64,000 bases of DNA from Anaeromyxobacteraceae bacterium (GTDB lineage Bacteria > Myxococcota > Myxococcia > Myxococcales > Anaeromyxobacteraceae). The stretch lies in the NCBI GenBank assembly GCA_047602405.1, contig JASGHJ010000002.1:3264001-3328000 (forward strand), written 5' to 3'. Made by a program: the position numbers and the translations under genes. Of this stretch, positions 10,433 to 23,225 are shown in pieces; the first letter of the stretch is position 1; each line of letters opens with the position of its first letter. The notes beneath the pieces are model-generated. The model had not been told where the DNA came from, searched no databases, and saw nothing but the letters and a program-made list of their open reading frames with translations.

Positions 10433-12610
10433 ATGCTCGAGCCCCTCCCCGGCGCCGCGCCGATCCCGGACGTGCTGCGGCAGCGCCTCGAGGCCGCCGC
10501 CCGCGGCCGCGCGGGCCGCGAGCCGCCGCGGACGCACCACCTCGAGGGCGGCCTGCCCCGCTTCACGAACCGCCTCGCGCTCGAGCGCAGCCCGTACCTC
10601 CGCCAGCACGCGCACAACCCGGTGTCCTGGTGGCCGTGGGGGCCCGAGGCCCTCGAGGAGGCGCGCCGCACCGGCCGCCCGATCTTCCTCTCGGTGGGGT
10701 ACGCGACCTGCCACTGGTGCCACGTCATGGAGCGCGAGTCCTTCGAGGACCTCGAGATCGCGGCGGTCCTCAACGCGGACTACGTGCCCGTGAAGGTCGA
10801 CCGCGAGGAGCGCCCCGACGTCGACGCGCTCTACATGACGGCGGTGCAGCTCCTCACGGGCCAGGGCGGCTGGCCCATGAGCGTGTGGCTCACGCCGGCC
10901 GGCGAGCCGTTCTTCGCGGGCACCTACTTCCCCGCGCGCGACGGCGACCGCGGCCCCACCCGCGGGTTCCTCTCGATCCTGAGGGAGATCGCCGCGCTCT
11001 GGGCCGCCGACCCGGAGCGCGTGCGCCGCGCGACGGGCTCGCTCGTGGAGGCCGTGCAGGCCGCGCTCGCGCCCCCGCCGCTCGCGACGGGGCCGGAGCG
11101 CCCGGGGCCGGAGGTGATCGAGGCGGCGGTGGCGCGGCTCGGGCGGATCTTCGACGAGCGCCACGGCGGCGTGCGCGGCGCGCCCAAGTTCCCGTCCTCG
11201 ATGCCGGTGCGGCTCCTGCTCCGGCACCACCGGCGCGCGCGCGACGCGCGCTCGCTGGAGCTCGCGACCGTCACGCTCGAGCGGATGGCCGCGGGCGGCC
11301 TCATGGACCAGCTCGGCGGCGGGTTCCACCGCTACTCGACCGACGAGCGCTGGCTCGTGCCGCACTTCGAGAAGATGCTCTACGACAACGCGCTCCTCGC
11401 GATCGCGTACGCCGAGGCGTACCAGGTGACCGGGCGACGCGACTTCGCGCGGGTGGTCCGCCAGACGCTCGACTACCTCCTGCGCGAGCTCGCGGCGCCG
11501 GAGGGAGCGTTCTACGCCGCGAGCGACGCCGACTCCGAGGGCGAGGAGGGGAAGTACTTCGTCTGGACCCTCGACGAGCTCTCGCAGGTGCTCGGCGACG
11601 AGGCCGGCGAGCTCGCCGCGTTCCACGGCGTCACCGCCGCCGGGAACTTCGAGGGCGGCGCGAGCGTGCTGCACGTGCCGGCGCCGGACGAGGACCGCTG
11701 GGAGCGGCTCGCGCCCGCGCGGGCGAGGCTGCTCGCGGCGCGGGCCGGGCGGGTGCCGCCGCTCACGGACGAGAAGGTGCTCGCGGGGTGGAACGGCCTC
11801 GCCATCTCCGCGCTCGCGCAGGGCGGCCGGATCCTCGGGGAGCCGCGCTGGATCGAGGCCGCGGCGCGCGCCGCGCGCTTCGTGCTCGAGCGGATGGTGG
11901 TCGCGGGCCGGCTGCAGCGCAGCTTCGGCGAGGGCCACGCCGGCGTGCCCGCCTTCCTCGAGGATCACGCGTTCCTCGCGCAGGGGCTCCTCGACCTCCA
12001 CGAGGCGACCTTCGAGCCGCGGTGGCTCGAGGAGGCCGCCGCGCTCTTCGAGCGTGCCGAGGCGCTCTTCGGAGATCCCGCCGCGGGGGGCTGGTTCCAG
12101 ACGGCCACCGACCACGAGCGGCTCCTCGCGCGCGAGAAGCCCTCGCACGACGGCGCCGAGCCCTCCGGCGCCTCGGTCATGACGCTCGTCGCGCTCCGGC
12201 TCGAGGCCTTCACCGCGGAGGACCGCTACCGGGCGATCGCCGACCGCGCGCTCGCGCTGCACGCCCGCGCGCTCGCCGAGCAGCCCCTCGCCCTCACCGA
12301 GCTCCTCCTCGCGGTGGACTTCGCCACCGACTCGCCGCAGGAGGTGGTGCTGGTCTGGCCGGAGGCGGGCCCTCCACCGGAGCCCTTCCTGGACGTGCTG
12401 CGGCGGACCTTCCTCCCCAGCCGGGCGCTCACCGGCGCGGCCGCGGGCGACGGGATCGCGCGGCTGGCCCGCACCGCCCGCGTGGCGGAGGGCAAGGCCG
12501 CCGCGGGCGGGCCGACGGCCTACGTCTGCGAGCGCGGGCGCTGCCGCCTGCCGGCGATCGCCCCGGAGAAGCTCGCCGCGCAGCTCGCGCCGGTCCGGCC
12601 CTACCGATAG
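10433..12610 (+). CDS. Thioredoxin-domain protein, YyaL/SSP411 (DUF255) family
   Basis: [44 protein letters not shown]. Confidence 0.93.
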   Translation: MLEPLPGAAPIPDVLRQRLEAAARGRAGREPPRTHHLEGGLPRFTNRLALERSPYLRQHAHNPVSWWPWGPEALEEARRTGRPIFLSVGYATCHWCHVMERESFEDLEIAAVLNADYVPVKVDREERPDVDALYMTAVQLLTGQGGWPMSVWLTPAGEPFFAGTYFPARDGDRGPTRGFLSILREIAALWAADPERVRRATGSLVEAVQAALAPPPLATGPERPGPEVIEAAVARLGRIFDERHGGVRGAPKFPSSMPVRLLLRHHRRARDARSLELATVTLERMAAGGLMDQLGGGFHRYSTDERWLVPHFEKMLYDNALLAIAYAEAYQVTGRRDFARVVRQTLDYLLRELAAPEGAFYAASDADSEGEEGKYFVWTLDELSQVLGDEAGELAAFHGVTAAGNFEGGASVLHVPAPDEDRWERLAPARARLLAARAGRVPPLTDEKVLAGWNGLAISALAQGGRILGEPRWIEAAARAARFVLERMVVAGRLQRSFGEGHAGVPAFLEDHAFLAQGLLDLHEATFEPRWLEEAAALFERAEALFGDPAAGGWFQTATDHERLLAREKPSHDGAEPSGASVMTLVALRLEAFTAEDRYRAIADRALALHARALAEQPLALTELLLAVDFATDSPQEVVLVWPEAGPPPEPFLDVLRRTFLPSRALTGAAAGDGIARLARTARVAEGKAAAGGPTAYVCERGRCRLPAIAPEKLAAQLAPVRPYR

Positions 12611-12792
12611 CGCCCGCGCGCGCGCCGCCGCACGGGTCACACCGAGTGAACTGGGACCCGGAGCACCCGGGTCCGGCCCGCGGGTTCGGACCCTGCCCCG
12701 GGCCACGGACTCTCGCGACCTTGCGGGCCCCCCGGAGGGCATGGTGAGTGCAGTGAGAGGACTTCCTGGGCAGCGCCGAGGAGGACGACACC

Positions 12793-15013
12793 TTGCGCCA
12801 CTGGACCATGAGCCGCCGCCTCGCCGCCACGCTCGTCGTGGTCGTGCCCCTCGCGGTGTGCTGCGCTGCGCTCATCTACCACCTCGTCGCCAACGGCGCG
12901 GAGCGGACCGAGGAGGCCTTCCGGGCCAGCCAGAGCGACGACCACGCCGCGGCGGCCCGCGCGCGCGACGACGCCCACTCGGCGCTCGAGCGCGCCCGGC
13001 AGATCGTGCTCCTCGGCGCCATCGGCGGCTCGCTCGCCACGCTGCTCGCCGGGGTCTTCGTCGCCCGCGAGATTCCGCAAGGCCGTGCGCTCGATCGAGG
13101 ACGAGGCGGCGCGGGTCACCCGCGCCGTCGCCGAGGGCCGCCTGGACGTGCGCGGCGATCCCGCGAGCGTGCAGCCGGACTTCAGGGACGTGATCCACGG
13201 CCTGAACCGGAGCATCGAGGCGTTCGCCGTCCCGTTCGGCACGATCCGCGAGCGCATGCAGCGCCTCTCCCGCGGCGACGTGCCGCCGCCCATCGCCGAG
13301 CCCTGGCAGGGCGACCTCGGCGCCACGAAGGACGCGGTGAACCGCTCCATCGGCGCCCTCCACGCGCTCCTCGCCGACGCGAACGCGCTGGCGCGGGCGG
13401 GCCAGGACGGCCACCTCGCGGCGCGCGCCGACGCGGCCCGCCACGAGGGCGAGTTCCGCGCGGTCGTGCAGGGCATGAACGCCACGCTCGACGGCGTCAC
13501 CGCGCCGATGCGCGCGACCGGCGAGGTGCTCGCCCGGATCGCGAAGGGCGACGTGCCCCCGCCGATCGACGAGGCCTGGCCGGGCGACTTCGCGCGCCTG
13601 CGCGACGACCTCAACACCGCCATCCGGGCGCTCCGCTCGATCGTGGAGGACGCGCGCAACCTCGCCCAGGCCGGCGTGGAGGGCCGCCTCGACGTCCGCG
13701 CCGACGCCGCGCTCCACCAGGGCGAGTTCCGCGCCATCGTGGAGGGGATGAACGCGAGCCTCGACGCGGTGGTGAAGCCGGTCGAGGTCGTGAAGGAGGT
13801 GCTCGAGGGGCTCTCCTACGGCGCCATCCCGCACCGCATCAAGGCGCCCTGGCGCGGGGAGTTCGCCGCGCTGCAGACCTACGTCAACGACTGCATCCTC
13901 GCGGTCCGGGCGCTCGTCGACGACGCGAAGGCGCTCGCCGCCGGCGCGGTCGGCGGCCAGCTCGCGATGCGGGCCGACCCGGACCGGCACATGGGCGAGT
14001 ACCGCCTGCTGGTGCAGGGCGTGAACCAGACGCTCGACGCGGTGACCGCGCCGGTGCGCGCCGCCACGGAGACCCTCGAGGCGCTCGCGAACCGCGACCT
14101 GCGCGCGCGGGTCCGCGGCGAGTACGTGGGCGAGCACGCCCGCCTGCAGCGCTCGGTGAACGCCACCGCCGCCGAGCTCGAGGACGCCATCCGCCAGGTG
14201 GGCGAGGCGACCGACCAGGTCGCCTCCGCCGCCGGCCAGATCGCGACCGCGGCCGAGAGCGTCGCGAACGGCGCGGGCTCCCAGGCCAGCGTGCTCGAGT
14301 CCGCCACCGCCGCGGTCGGCGAGCTCGGCGAGCTCTCCCGCGGGGCGGCCCAGGGCGCGCGGGACGCCATCGCGCTCGTGGGGCGGGCGAAGGCGGTGGC
14401 CGGCGACGGCTCCGCGGCCGCGCGGCGGATCCAGGAGGCCATGGAGCACATCCGCGCGAGCGCCGAGGGGACCGGACAGATCATCCGCGACGTCTCGGAG
14501 ATCGCCTTCCAGACGAACCTCCTCGCGCTCAACGCCGCGGTCGAGGCGGCGCGCGCCGGCGACGCCGGCCGGGGCTTCGCCGTGGTCGCCGAGGAGGTGC
14601 GCTCGCTCGCGCTCCGCGCGAAGGAGGCGGCGGGCAAGACCGAGGCGCTCATCAAGGAGTCGGTCCGCCAGGCCGGGCTCGGCGACGAGACCGCGCACCA
14701 GGCCACCCGGATCTTCGACGACCTCGCGGGCGCGGTCGGCGAGACCGCCGGCATCGTCGAGCGGATCTCCGCCTCCACCCAGGCCCAGGACGGCGCGCTC
14801 GCGCGCACCCGCCAGGCGGTCGAGCAGGCCGGCCACGTGACCCAGCAGAACGCCGCCTCCGCCGAGGAGTCGTCGTCCGCCGCGGGCGAGCTGTCCTGCC
14901 AGGCCGACGAGCTCACGCGCATGGTGCGGAGCTTCCGGGTGGACCGCGGGTCCGCGCCGCCGCCGGACGGCGCCGCGGGCGCGCGCGCGATGCTACAGTC
15001 GCGCGCGTCATGA
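12793..15013 (+). CDS. Methyl-accepting chemotaxis protein with poly-HAMP region; +1 frameshift at 13071-13075
   Basis: GAGGAGG before TTG; two TM segments; reading GATTC as GATC gives [12 protein letters not shown] and joins ORF 13085; [20 protein letters not shown] signalling tip. Confidence 0.9.
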
Positions 15014-16050
15014 CCGACCGCACCGGGCCCGTCCGCCACTTCGCCTCCGACAACTACGCCGGCATCTGCCCCGAGGCCTGGGCCGCCCTGGCCGAGGCCA
15101 ACCTCGGCCACGCGCCCGGGTACGGCGACGACCGCTGGACCGCCGAGGCCGCCGACCTCCTCCGGGAGGTTTTCGAGACGGACTGCGAGGTCTTCTTCGT
15201 CTTCAACGGCACCGCCGCGAACTCGCTCGCGCTCGCGTCGATGTGCCAGTCGTACCACTCGATCCTCTGCCACGAGGCGGCGCACGTCGAGACCGACGAG
15301 TGCGGCGCGCCGGAGTTCTTCTCGAACGGCACGAAGGTCCTCACCGTCTCCGGCACGCACGGGAAGATCCGCCCCGAGCAGGTCGACTTCATGGTGAAGA
15401 AGCGGGACGACGTTCACTATCCGAAGCCGCGGGTGGTCTCGGTCACGCAGGCCACCGAGCTCGGCACCGTCTACACGCCCGACGAGCTGAAGGCGCTCTG
15501 GGCCCGGACGAAGTCGAACGGCCTCAGGCTCCACATGGACGGCGCGCGGCTCTCGAACGCGATCGCCGCGCTCGGGGTGAAGCCGAAGGAGGTCACCTGG
15601 CAGGCGGGCGTCGACGTCCTCTGCCTGGGCGGGACGAAGGCCGGCATGGCGGTCGGGGAGGCGGTGGTCTTCTTCGATCGCGCGCTCGCGGCGGAGTTCG
15701 ACTACCGCTGCAAGCAGGCCGGGCAGCTCGCCTCGAAGATGCGCTTCCTCGCGGCGCCGCTCGTCGGGATGCTCCGCGGCGGGGCGTGGCTCGCGCACGC
15801 CCGGCACGCGAACGAGATGGCGGCGCTGCTCGAGGACCGCCTGAAGGCGATCCCCGGCGTCGAGCTCCTGCACCCCCGGCAGGTGAACTCGGTCTTCGTG
15901 AAGCTCGCCCCCGCCACCGCCGCCGCGATGCGCGCGCGGGGCTGGCGGTTCTACGACTTCATCGGCGGCGCGTCCCGGCTGATGTGCGCGTGGGACACGC
16001 GGCCCGAGGACGTCGAGGCGTTCGCGCGGGAGCTCGCGGCCGCCGCGTAG
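15010..16050 (+). CDS. ltaE: Low-specificity L-threonine aldolase
   Basis: [33 protein letters not shown] overlap with the MCP stop. Confidence 0.9.
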   Translation: MTDRTGPVRHFASDNYAGICPEAWAALAEANLGHAPGYGDDRWTAEAADLLREVFETDCEVFFVFNGTAANSLALASMCQSYHSILCHEAAHVETDECGAPEFFSNGTKVLTVSGTHGKIRPEQVDFMVKKRDDVHYPKPRVVSVTQATELGTVYTPDELKALWARTKSNGLRLHMDGARLSNAIAALGVKPKEVTWQAGVDVLCLGGTKAGMAVGEAVVFFDRALAAEFDYRCKQAGQLASKMRFLAAPLVGMLRGGAWLAHARHANEMAALLEDRLKAIPGVELLHPRQVNSVFVKLAPATAAAMRARGWRFYDFIGGASRLMCAWDTRPEDVEAFARELAAAA

Positions 16051-16144
16051 CCGCCCCGTCACGAACGCGCCGACTCCGTCTCGCGGCGGGAACCCCCGGC
16101 GGGTGCCGTGCGCCCGCACGCCCGGCTCGGGCACAATGCGGGGC

Positions 16145-19100
16145 ATGACCCTCCCCCGTCGTTCACTCGCCGCGCTCGCCGCGGTGTGCCTGCCCCTCGC
16201 CGCCGCCTCGCTCGACGCGGACGCGCTCCTCGAGAAGAACGCCGCGGCACGCGGCGGCCGCGAGCGGCTCGCGAAGCTCCAGTCGCTGCGCCTCACCGGC
16301 AAGCAGCTCCAGGGCGACGGCTCGACGCCCATGGCCTGGTCGAAGGTCGTGAAGCGGCCGGGGCTCTACCGCGAGGACGTCTCGCTCCAGGGGCTCACGT
16401 ACACCGACGGCTGGGACGGCAAGGACGGCTGGCGGTTCGACCCGTTCAGCGGCCGGCGCGAGGCGGAGCGCGTCTCGGCCGACGAGGCGAAGCAGAACGC
16501 CCGCGAGGCGGACCTCGACGGGCTCCTCCTCGGCGCGAAGGGGCGCGGCGCCGCCGTGGCGTACCTCGGCGTCGAGGACGTCGACGGGACGCCCGCCCAG
16601 AAGCTCCGCGTGACCGAGAAGGACGGCGACCTCGCCTACGTCTTCCTCGACCCCGACCAGTTCCTCGAGATCCGCGTCGAGCTGCACGTGAGGGTGCGCG
16701 GGGTGGAGCGCGTCCTCGAGATCGACCTCGGCGCCTACGAGCAGGTCGAGGGGGTGTGGTTCCCGTTCGCGCTCGAGGGCGGTCCGAAGAACGCGCCGCG
16801 CCAGTGGCGGGCGGTGGTGGAGCGCGCCGACGCGAACGCCGCGCTCGACGACGCGACCTTCCGCTTCCCGGGCGCCGCCGCGCCTCCCGCCCTGCCGGCC
16901 CTGCCCGCCGCGGCCGAGGTGTCCCGCGCGGCGGCCCCGGCCGCTCCCGCCGCCGCCGGGCCCGCGCGCGTCGACGCCGGCGTGCTCTCCGGCCTCGGCG
17001 CGCGCAACGTGGGCGCCGCGGTGATGAGCGGCCGCGTGTCCGCGGTGGCCGCCCGCAAGGTGGACGGCAAGACCACGATCTTCGCGGGCGCCGCGAGCGG
17101 CGGCGTGTGGAAGTCGACCGACGGCGGCACGACCTTCCGGCCCGTCTTCGACCGCGCCGGCGTGCAGTCGATCGGCGCCATCGCCATCGACCCCAAGGAC
17201 CCGCGCCGGGTCTGGGTCGGCACCGGCGAGTCCTGGACGCGCAACTCGGTGTCGTTCGGCGACGGCATCTACCGGAGCGACGACGGCGGCGACACCTGGG
17301 CGAACGTCGGCCTCCCGGACTCCGAGCGCATCTCGAAGATCGTGGTCGATCCGCGCGACTCGCAGGTGGTCTGGGCCTGCGTGCCGGGCCGGCTGTGGAG
17401 CGACTCGGCGGAGCGCGGGCTCTACCGCACCGCCGACGGGGGCAGGACCTGGGCGCTCTCGCTCAGGGGCGCGAACCTCTCGACCGGCTGCTCCGGCTTC
17501 GACCTCGACCCCTCGAACCCCGACCACGTCGTCGCCGGCCTGTGGGACTTCCGGCGCAAGGGCTGGACCTTCCGCTCCGGCGGCGACGGCCCCACGGCCG
17601 CGAGCGGCTCCGGCCTGCACGAGACCCGCGACGGCGGGAGGACCTGGACCGCGCTCGCGCCCGGCCCGGCGACCGGCCTGCCGGCATTCCCGTGGGGCCG
17701 CGTGGAGGTGACGTTCGCGCCCTCCGACGCGAGGATCGTCTACGCCTTCGTCGAGTCGACGGCCTCGGCGCTCTACCGCTCCTCCGACGGCGGCAGGACC
17801 TGGGAGGCGCGCGACAACAGCCAGATGATGATCTGGCGGCCGTTCTACTTCGCGCGGCTCGTCGTGGATCCCACGAACCCGGAGCGGGTCTTCAAGGCCG
17901 GCGGCGGCCTCATCCAGAGCGAGGACGGCGGCAAGAGCTTCGCCTCCTCCGGCGGCGCCGGGCACGGCGACTGGCACGACGTCTGGATCGATCCGGCCGA
18001 CCCGAAGCACGTGGTCGCCGGGGACGACGGCGGCCTGTGGCTCTCCTACGACGGCGGCAACCGCTGGTGGAAGTGCGACAACCTCCCGATCTCGCAGTTC
18101 TACCACGTGGCCGTGGACGCGAAGGACCCGTACCGGGTCTACGGTGGCCTGCAGGACAACTCGTCGTGGGTCGGCGAGAGCGCGTACCCGGGCGGCATCT
18201 CGACCGCGCAGTGGTCGGTCGTGTTCTGGGGCGACGGCTTCTGGACGCTGCCCGACCCGACCGATCCCGACGCGGTCTACGCGGAGGCGCAGGGCGGCTA
18301 CGCCGTGCGCACGGACCTCGGGACCCGGGCGTTCCGCGACATCCAGCCGAAGGCCCGGCCGCACGAGAAGCTCCGCTACAACTGGAACGCCCCGCTCCAC
18401 CTCTCCCCCACGCAGAAGGGCACGCTCTACCTCGGCGCCCAGTTCCTCTTCCGCTCGAGGGACCGCGGCATGAGCTGGGAGCGGATCTCGCCCGACCTCA
18501 CCACGAACGACCCCGAGAAGCAGCGGCAGGAGGAGTCCGGCGGCGTCACGGTCGACAACTCGGTCGCCGAGATGCACGGCACGATCTACACGATCGGCGA
18601 GTCGCGCCTCGACCCGCGCACGATTCTGGGTCGGCACCGACGACGGCAAGGTGCAGCTCACCCGCGACGGCGGGAAGAGCTGGAAGGACGTGACCCCGCC
18701 CGCCGCGCTCGTGCCGAAGGCCTCGTGGGTGAGCTGGGTCGAGCCCTCCCGCGCCGCGGCCGGCACCGCGTACGCCACCTTCGACCGCCACACCTTCGGG
18801 GACTTCGACGCGCACCTGCTGCGCACCACCGACTTCGGGAAGACCTGGACCCGCATCGCCGGCCCGGGCGAGGGGCTGAAGGGCTGGGCGCACGTGGTCC
18901 GGGAGGACCCGGTGAAGCCCACGATCCTCTACGCCGGCACCGAGCTCGGGCTGTGGATCAGCGTCGACGCCGGCGCCTCGTGGGCCCGCTTCGAGGGCGG
19001 CCGCTTCCCGGCGGTGGCGGTGCGCGACCTCGCCTTCGCCGACCGCGAGGGCGACCTCGTCATCGCGACCCACGGGCGCGGGTTGTGGATCGTGGACGAC

Positions 19101-20051
19101 CTCGCCCCGCTGCGGGCGCTCTCCACGGCCGCGCTCGGGCGGGAGGTCACGCTCCTGCCGTCGCGGCCCGCCCAGCAGCGCATGAACGCCATCGGGCAGT
19201 GGGTGCAGGGGGACGCGAAGCACCTCGGCCAGAACCCGGACGAGGGCGCGGTGGTCGCGTTCTACCAGCGCTCGCGCCACCTCTACGGCACGATGAAGCT
19301 CGAGGTGCTCGACCCGGCCGGCAAGGTCGTCGACACCATCCCCGCCCCGAAGCGCCGCGGCCTCAACCGCGTCTCGTGGTCGATGCGCGAGAAGGCGCCC
19401 GAGGTGCCGCGCGCGGCCTCGATCGCCGGCGCCTCGATGCAGGGTCCGCGCGTCGTGCCGGGCACCTGGAGGGTGCGGCTCACCCGCGGCGCGGAGGTGG
19501 TCGAGGCGCCGCTCGAGATCAGGCTCGACCGCCGGGCGCCCTACGACGTCGCGGCGCGCAAGGCCCAGCACGACGCGGTCATGCGCGTCCACGCGCTCTT
19601 CGGCCGGATGACCGCCGTGGTCGCGAAGCTCGACGGGCTCGCGGGCGCCGCCCGGGCGGCGGCGAAGGGCGCACCCGCCGACCGCGCGGCCCGCCTCGCG
19701 AAGCTCGCCGACGCGGCCGAGGCGCTCAAGAAGCTCGTGGTGGCGACCAAGGAGGGCGGCGCGATCACCGGCGAGGAGCGCCTGCGCGAGCACGCCGACA
19801 TCCTCTACGGCGCGCTGCAGACCTGGGAGGGCCGCCCGGCGGCGTACCAGCTCCAGCGCATCGACGCCCTCACGAGCGAGCTCGGCGAGGTCGAGCGCGG
19901 GCTCGCGGCGCTCGTCGCCGGCGAGGCGAAGGCCCTGTCGGTGAGCGTGGCGGCGGCGCCGAGCCTCGAGGATCCCCGGGCCCTCGCCGACCTCCTCCGC
20001 GCGCGGCGCGGGGAGGTCGTCGAGGCGGGGGAGGACCGGGTCGCGCGCTGA
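16145..20051 (+). CDS. Large secreted protein: LolA-like N-terminal domain fused to a VPS10/BNR Asp-box propeller; +1 frameshift at 18622-18626
   Basis: Many SxDGGxTW repeats, MSGRVSAV, NWNAP; reading GATTC as GATC gives RTIWVGTDDGKVQL and joins ORF 18651. Confidence 0.82.
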
Positions 20052-20052
20052 G

Positions 20053-20859
20053 CTACTGGCCCTGGAGGACCACCGGGAGCCCGTTCTTCGGGTTCCCGAT
20101 GATCACCATCTTCGCGTTCTGGCTCTTCGCGAGCTCCATCGTGGCCTCGATGCCCTTGTACTGCAGGTACTCGGGCGTCAGGCCCTGGCGGACGATCGAC
20201 TGGTACTTCGCGATGCCCTCCGCCTCGATCTGCTTGCGCTGGGCCTCCTGGCGCTCCTTCGCGAGCGTGAACTGCATCTTCTGGGAGGCCTGCTCCTCGG
20301 CGAGCTTGTCCTGGATGGCGACCTTGATGTTCTCGGGCAGGTCGACGTCGCGGACGAGCACCGCCTCCACGATCACGTGCTTGCCGGCGAGCGCCTTCGT
20401 CACCTCGTCGTAGATCTGCCGCTCGATCTCCTCGCGCTTCGTCGAGTAGATCTCCTCCGGCTGGTAGCGCCCGAAGACCTTGCGGGCCTCCGAGCGGACG
20501 ATGGGCGCGACGAGCTTCTGGTCGTAGTCGGGGCCGATCTGGGTCTGGAGCTGGTAGAGCTCCTCGACGACCGGGCGGAACCGCACCGAGGCGTCCACCC
20601 GGAGCGTGAGGCCGTTCGACGAGAGCACGACGAGCTGCTCCTTCATCTCGTGGACGCGGGTGTCGTAGGTGATGACGTAGTTCCAGATGGGCATCATGTG
20701 GAGGCCCTCGCCGACGAGCTCCTGGCTCGTGCCGCCGCCGAGCGTCTTGAAGACGATCCCGCGGTGGCCGGAGTCGACTGTGGGGCAGCGGCAGCCGGGC
20801 AGGAAGGGCGCCGCGAGCAGGATGGCGAGGGTCGTGGTGCGCAGGCTTCGGGCGAGCAT
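20053..20859 (-). CDS. SPFH/prohibitin family protein
   Basis: GGAGG before ATG; GHRGIVF, GEGLH, RDVDLP, EAEGIA coiled-coil region. Confidence 0.9.
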   Translation of the reverse strand: MLARSLRTTTLAILLAAPFLPGCRCPTVDSGHRGIVFKTLGGGTSQELVGEGLHMMPIWNYVITYDTRVHEMKEQLVVLSSNGLTLRVDASVRFRPVVEELYQLQTQIGPDYDQKLVAPIVRSEARKVFGRYQPEEIYSTKREEIERQIYDEVTKALAGKHVIVEAVLVRDVDLPENIKVAIQDKLAEEQASQKMQFTLAKERQEAQRKQIEAEGIAKYQSIVRQGLTPEYLQYKGIEATMELAKSQNAKMVIIGNPKNGLPVVLQGQ

Positions 20860-20892
20860 GGGGCCTCCGGGACGGTGCGTTCGCGGCACAGC

Positions 20893-21912
20893 CTAGCGGC
20901 CCGGCGGGCGATCCACCACGCGGAAAGGACGCTCGCCGTCGAACGTGCGGAAGAGCAGCGCGAGCGCCGGGAACAGAAGCACCGCTCCGGCCGCGAGGCC
21001 CCAGAGGACGGCGAGCTGCGTCGCGCGCGGCGCGCTCGCGGAGGCGAGCGTCAGGCCGGGCGCCAGATACGGATACTGCGAAGCGCCCCAGCCGGCAACG
21101 ATGAGCGCCGCCTGGCACGCGGCCGTCACGCGGGCGACGCGGTACCGCCTCCGCCAGAGTGCCGCGAAGGAGGCGATCGCGGCCGCCGCGGTCGCGAGGT
21201 GCAGCGCGATCGACCACGGGCGGCGGGTGAGGCCCTCGAACACGGCGGGCGCCTCCGAGAAGGAGAGCCCGCCCGCGAGCGCGGCGAGCCCGAACACCGC
21301 GACGCCCGCCCCGAGCGCCCGGGCGCGGAAGTCCCCCGCGAGCGCCGCGTCACCGGCGCGGTCCGCCTGCACGGCGGCGTAGACCGCGGCGAGGAACGCG
21401 AAGAGGACGAGCGCGAGCCCGCCGGTGGCGAACGGGAACGGGGCCACCCAGGCGAACGGCGCGCTGCCGTCGCCCGCCACCCTCCCGCTCGCGAGCGCGC
21501 CCACCATGATGCCGAGCATCACGGGAGCGATCACCGAGGAGACCGAGAACACGAGCCCCCACCGCACGCGCACCCCCGGATCCGGGCGGTCGTAGGTCCG
21601 GAACGTGAAGGCGGCGCCCCGCAGCACGATCCCGAGGAGGAGCACCAGAATCGGGACGAACAGGCCGATCGAGACGGCCCCGAACGCTGGCGGGAAGCAG
21701 GCGAAGAGCAGCACCACCACGAGGATCAGCCACACGTGGTTCGCCTCCCAGATCGGCCCGAGCGCCCGCTCCACGAGCGCGCGCTGGGCCTCGCGCCGCG
21801 GCCCGCGGGCGAGGAGGTCGAGCGCGCCCCCGCCGAAGTCGGCGCCCCCGAGGAGCGCGTAGAGGACGAGCGCGACGAGCATCGCGCCGCCGAGGAGATC
21901 GGCCGGGGTCAC
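20893..21912 (-). CDS. cydB: Cytochrome bd oxidase subunit II (CioB-like)
   Basis: GADFGGG and PIWEANHVWLI; GTGA overlap with subunit I stop. Confidence 0.9.
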   Translation of the reverse strand: MTPADLLGGAMLVALVLYALLGGADFGGGALDLLARGPRREAQRALVERALGPIWEANHVWLILVVVLLFACFPPAFGAVSIGLFVPILVLLLGIVLRGAAFTFRTYDRPDPGVRVRWGLVFSVSSVIAPVMLGIMVGALASGRVAGDGSAPFAWVAPFPFATGGLALVLFAFLAAVYAAVQADRAGDAALAGDFRARALGAGVAVFGLAALAGGLSFSEAPAVFEGLTRRPWSIALHLATAAAAIASFAALWRRRYRVARVTAACQAALIVAGWGASQYPYLAPGLTLASASAPRATQLAVLWGLAAGAVLLFPALALLFRTFDGERPFRVVDRPPGR

Positions 21913-23225
21913 GCCTCCACCTCCCGGAGCTCCGCGCTCGTGGGCGCGTGGGCGACCTGCCGGCGCAGGAGCGCGATCACGACGGCGGTGAGGAACAGGT
22001 AGACCACCGTGAACGCCGCGAGCGGGAGCCCCAGGTTCCCGACCGGCGTCACCGCGTCGGCCGTGCGCAGGAGGCCCACCGCGGCGTAGGGCTGGCGCCC
22101 CCACTCGGTCACGAGCCAGCCCGCCTCGAGCGCGACCACGCCGAGGGGCGTGGCGACGGCGAGCGCGCCGAGGAGCCACCGTGGGTGCTCGCGGCGGCGC
22201 AGCAGCGTCAGGAAGTGGAGGGCCGCGAGGAGCGCGAGCAGCGTCCCGAGCCCGACCATCACCTGGAAGGCGAGGTGCACCTTCGCGACCGGCGGCCAGG
22301 TGTCGCGCGGGAACTCCTCGAGCCCCTTCACGACCGCGCGCGGGTCGTGGAAGGCGAGGAGGGAGAGCCCGTACGGGAGCTCGAGCGCGTACCGGGTCTC
22401 GCCCGCCTCGACGTCCGGCAGGCCGCCGATCCGGAGCGGCGCCCCGCGCTCGGTCCGGAACTGCCCCTCGAGCGCGGCGAGCTTGCGCGGCTGGACCTCG
22501 GCGACCTGCCGCGCCGAGAGGTCCCCCGAGAGCGGCATCGCGAGCGCCGCGAGCCCGCCGACGCCCAGCACGACCTTCAGCGCCGCGCGGTGAAACCGGT
22601 TGGCGGGGTCGCGCAGCAGCGCGAGCGCGTGGATGCCCGCGACCCCGAACCCGACCGCGACGTAGCAGGAGAGGACGACGTGCAGCACCTCGTGCGCCCA
22701 GCCCGGCGGGAAGATCGCGACGAGGGGCTCGACGTCCACCACCCGGCCGCCCTCCAGCCGGAACCCGGCCGGCACCGCCATCCAGGCGTTCGCGAGCGTC
22801 ACGAAGAACGCCGAGACGGCGCCGCACACGGCGACCACCACCCCGCTCGCGAGGTGCAGCCGGGCGCCGACCCGGTCCCAGCCGTAGAGGTAGATGCCGA
22901 GGAAGATCGCCTCGCCGAAGAAGGCGAAGCCCTCGAGCGCGAAGGCGAGCCCCACCGCGGGCCCGGCGAGCTCCATGAAGCGCGGCCAGAGGAGGCCGAG
23001 CTCGAAGGAGATGACGGTCCCCGAGACCGCCCCGACCGCGAACAGGATCGCCGAGCCCTTCGCCCACCGGCGGGCGAGGTCGAGGAGGACCGGATCGCCG
23101 GTGCGCCGGTAGCGCCACTCGGCGACGACCATGAAGGCGGGCATCGCCACGCCGATGGCCGCGAAGACGATGTGAAAGGCGAGCGAGAGGCCGAAGAGCC
23201 AGCGGGCCGCGAGGAGGTCGGTCAT
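21909..23225 (-). CDS. cydA: Cytochrome bd oxidase subunit I (short, CioA-like)
   Basis: LAFHIVF, GAVSGT, EGFAFFGEA, QPRKLAALEG, EWGRQPY. Confidence 0.93.
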   Translation of the reverse strand: MTDLLAARWLFGLSLAFHIVFAAIGVAMPAFMVVAEWRYRRTGDPVLLDLARRWAKGSAILFAVGAVSGTVISFELGLLWPRFMELAGPAVGLAFALEGFAFFGEAIFLGIYLYGWDRVGARLHLASGVVVAVCGAVSAFFVTLANAWMAVPAGFRLEGGRVVDVEPLVAIFPPGWAHEVLHVVLSCYVAVGFGVAGIHALALLRDPANRFHRAALKVVLGVGGLAALAMPLSGDLSARQVAEVQPRKLAALEGQFRTERGAPLRIGGLPDVEAGETRYALELPYGLSLLAFHDPRAVVKGLEEFPRDTWPPVAKVHLAFQVMVGLGTLLALLAALHFLTLLRRREHPRWLLGALAVATPLGVVALEAGWLVTEWGRQPYAAVGLLRTADAVTPVGNLGLPLAAFTVVYLFLTAVVIALLRRQVAHAPTSAELREVEA

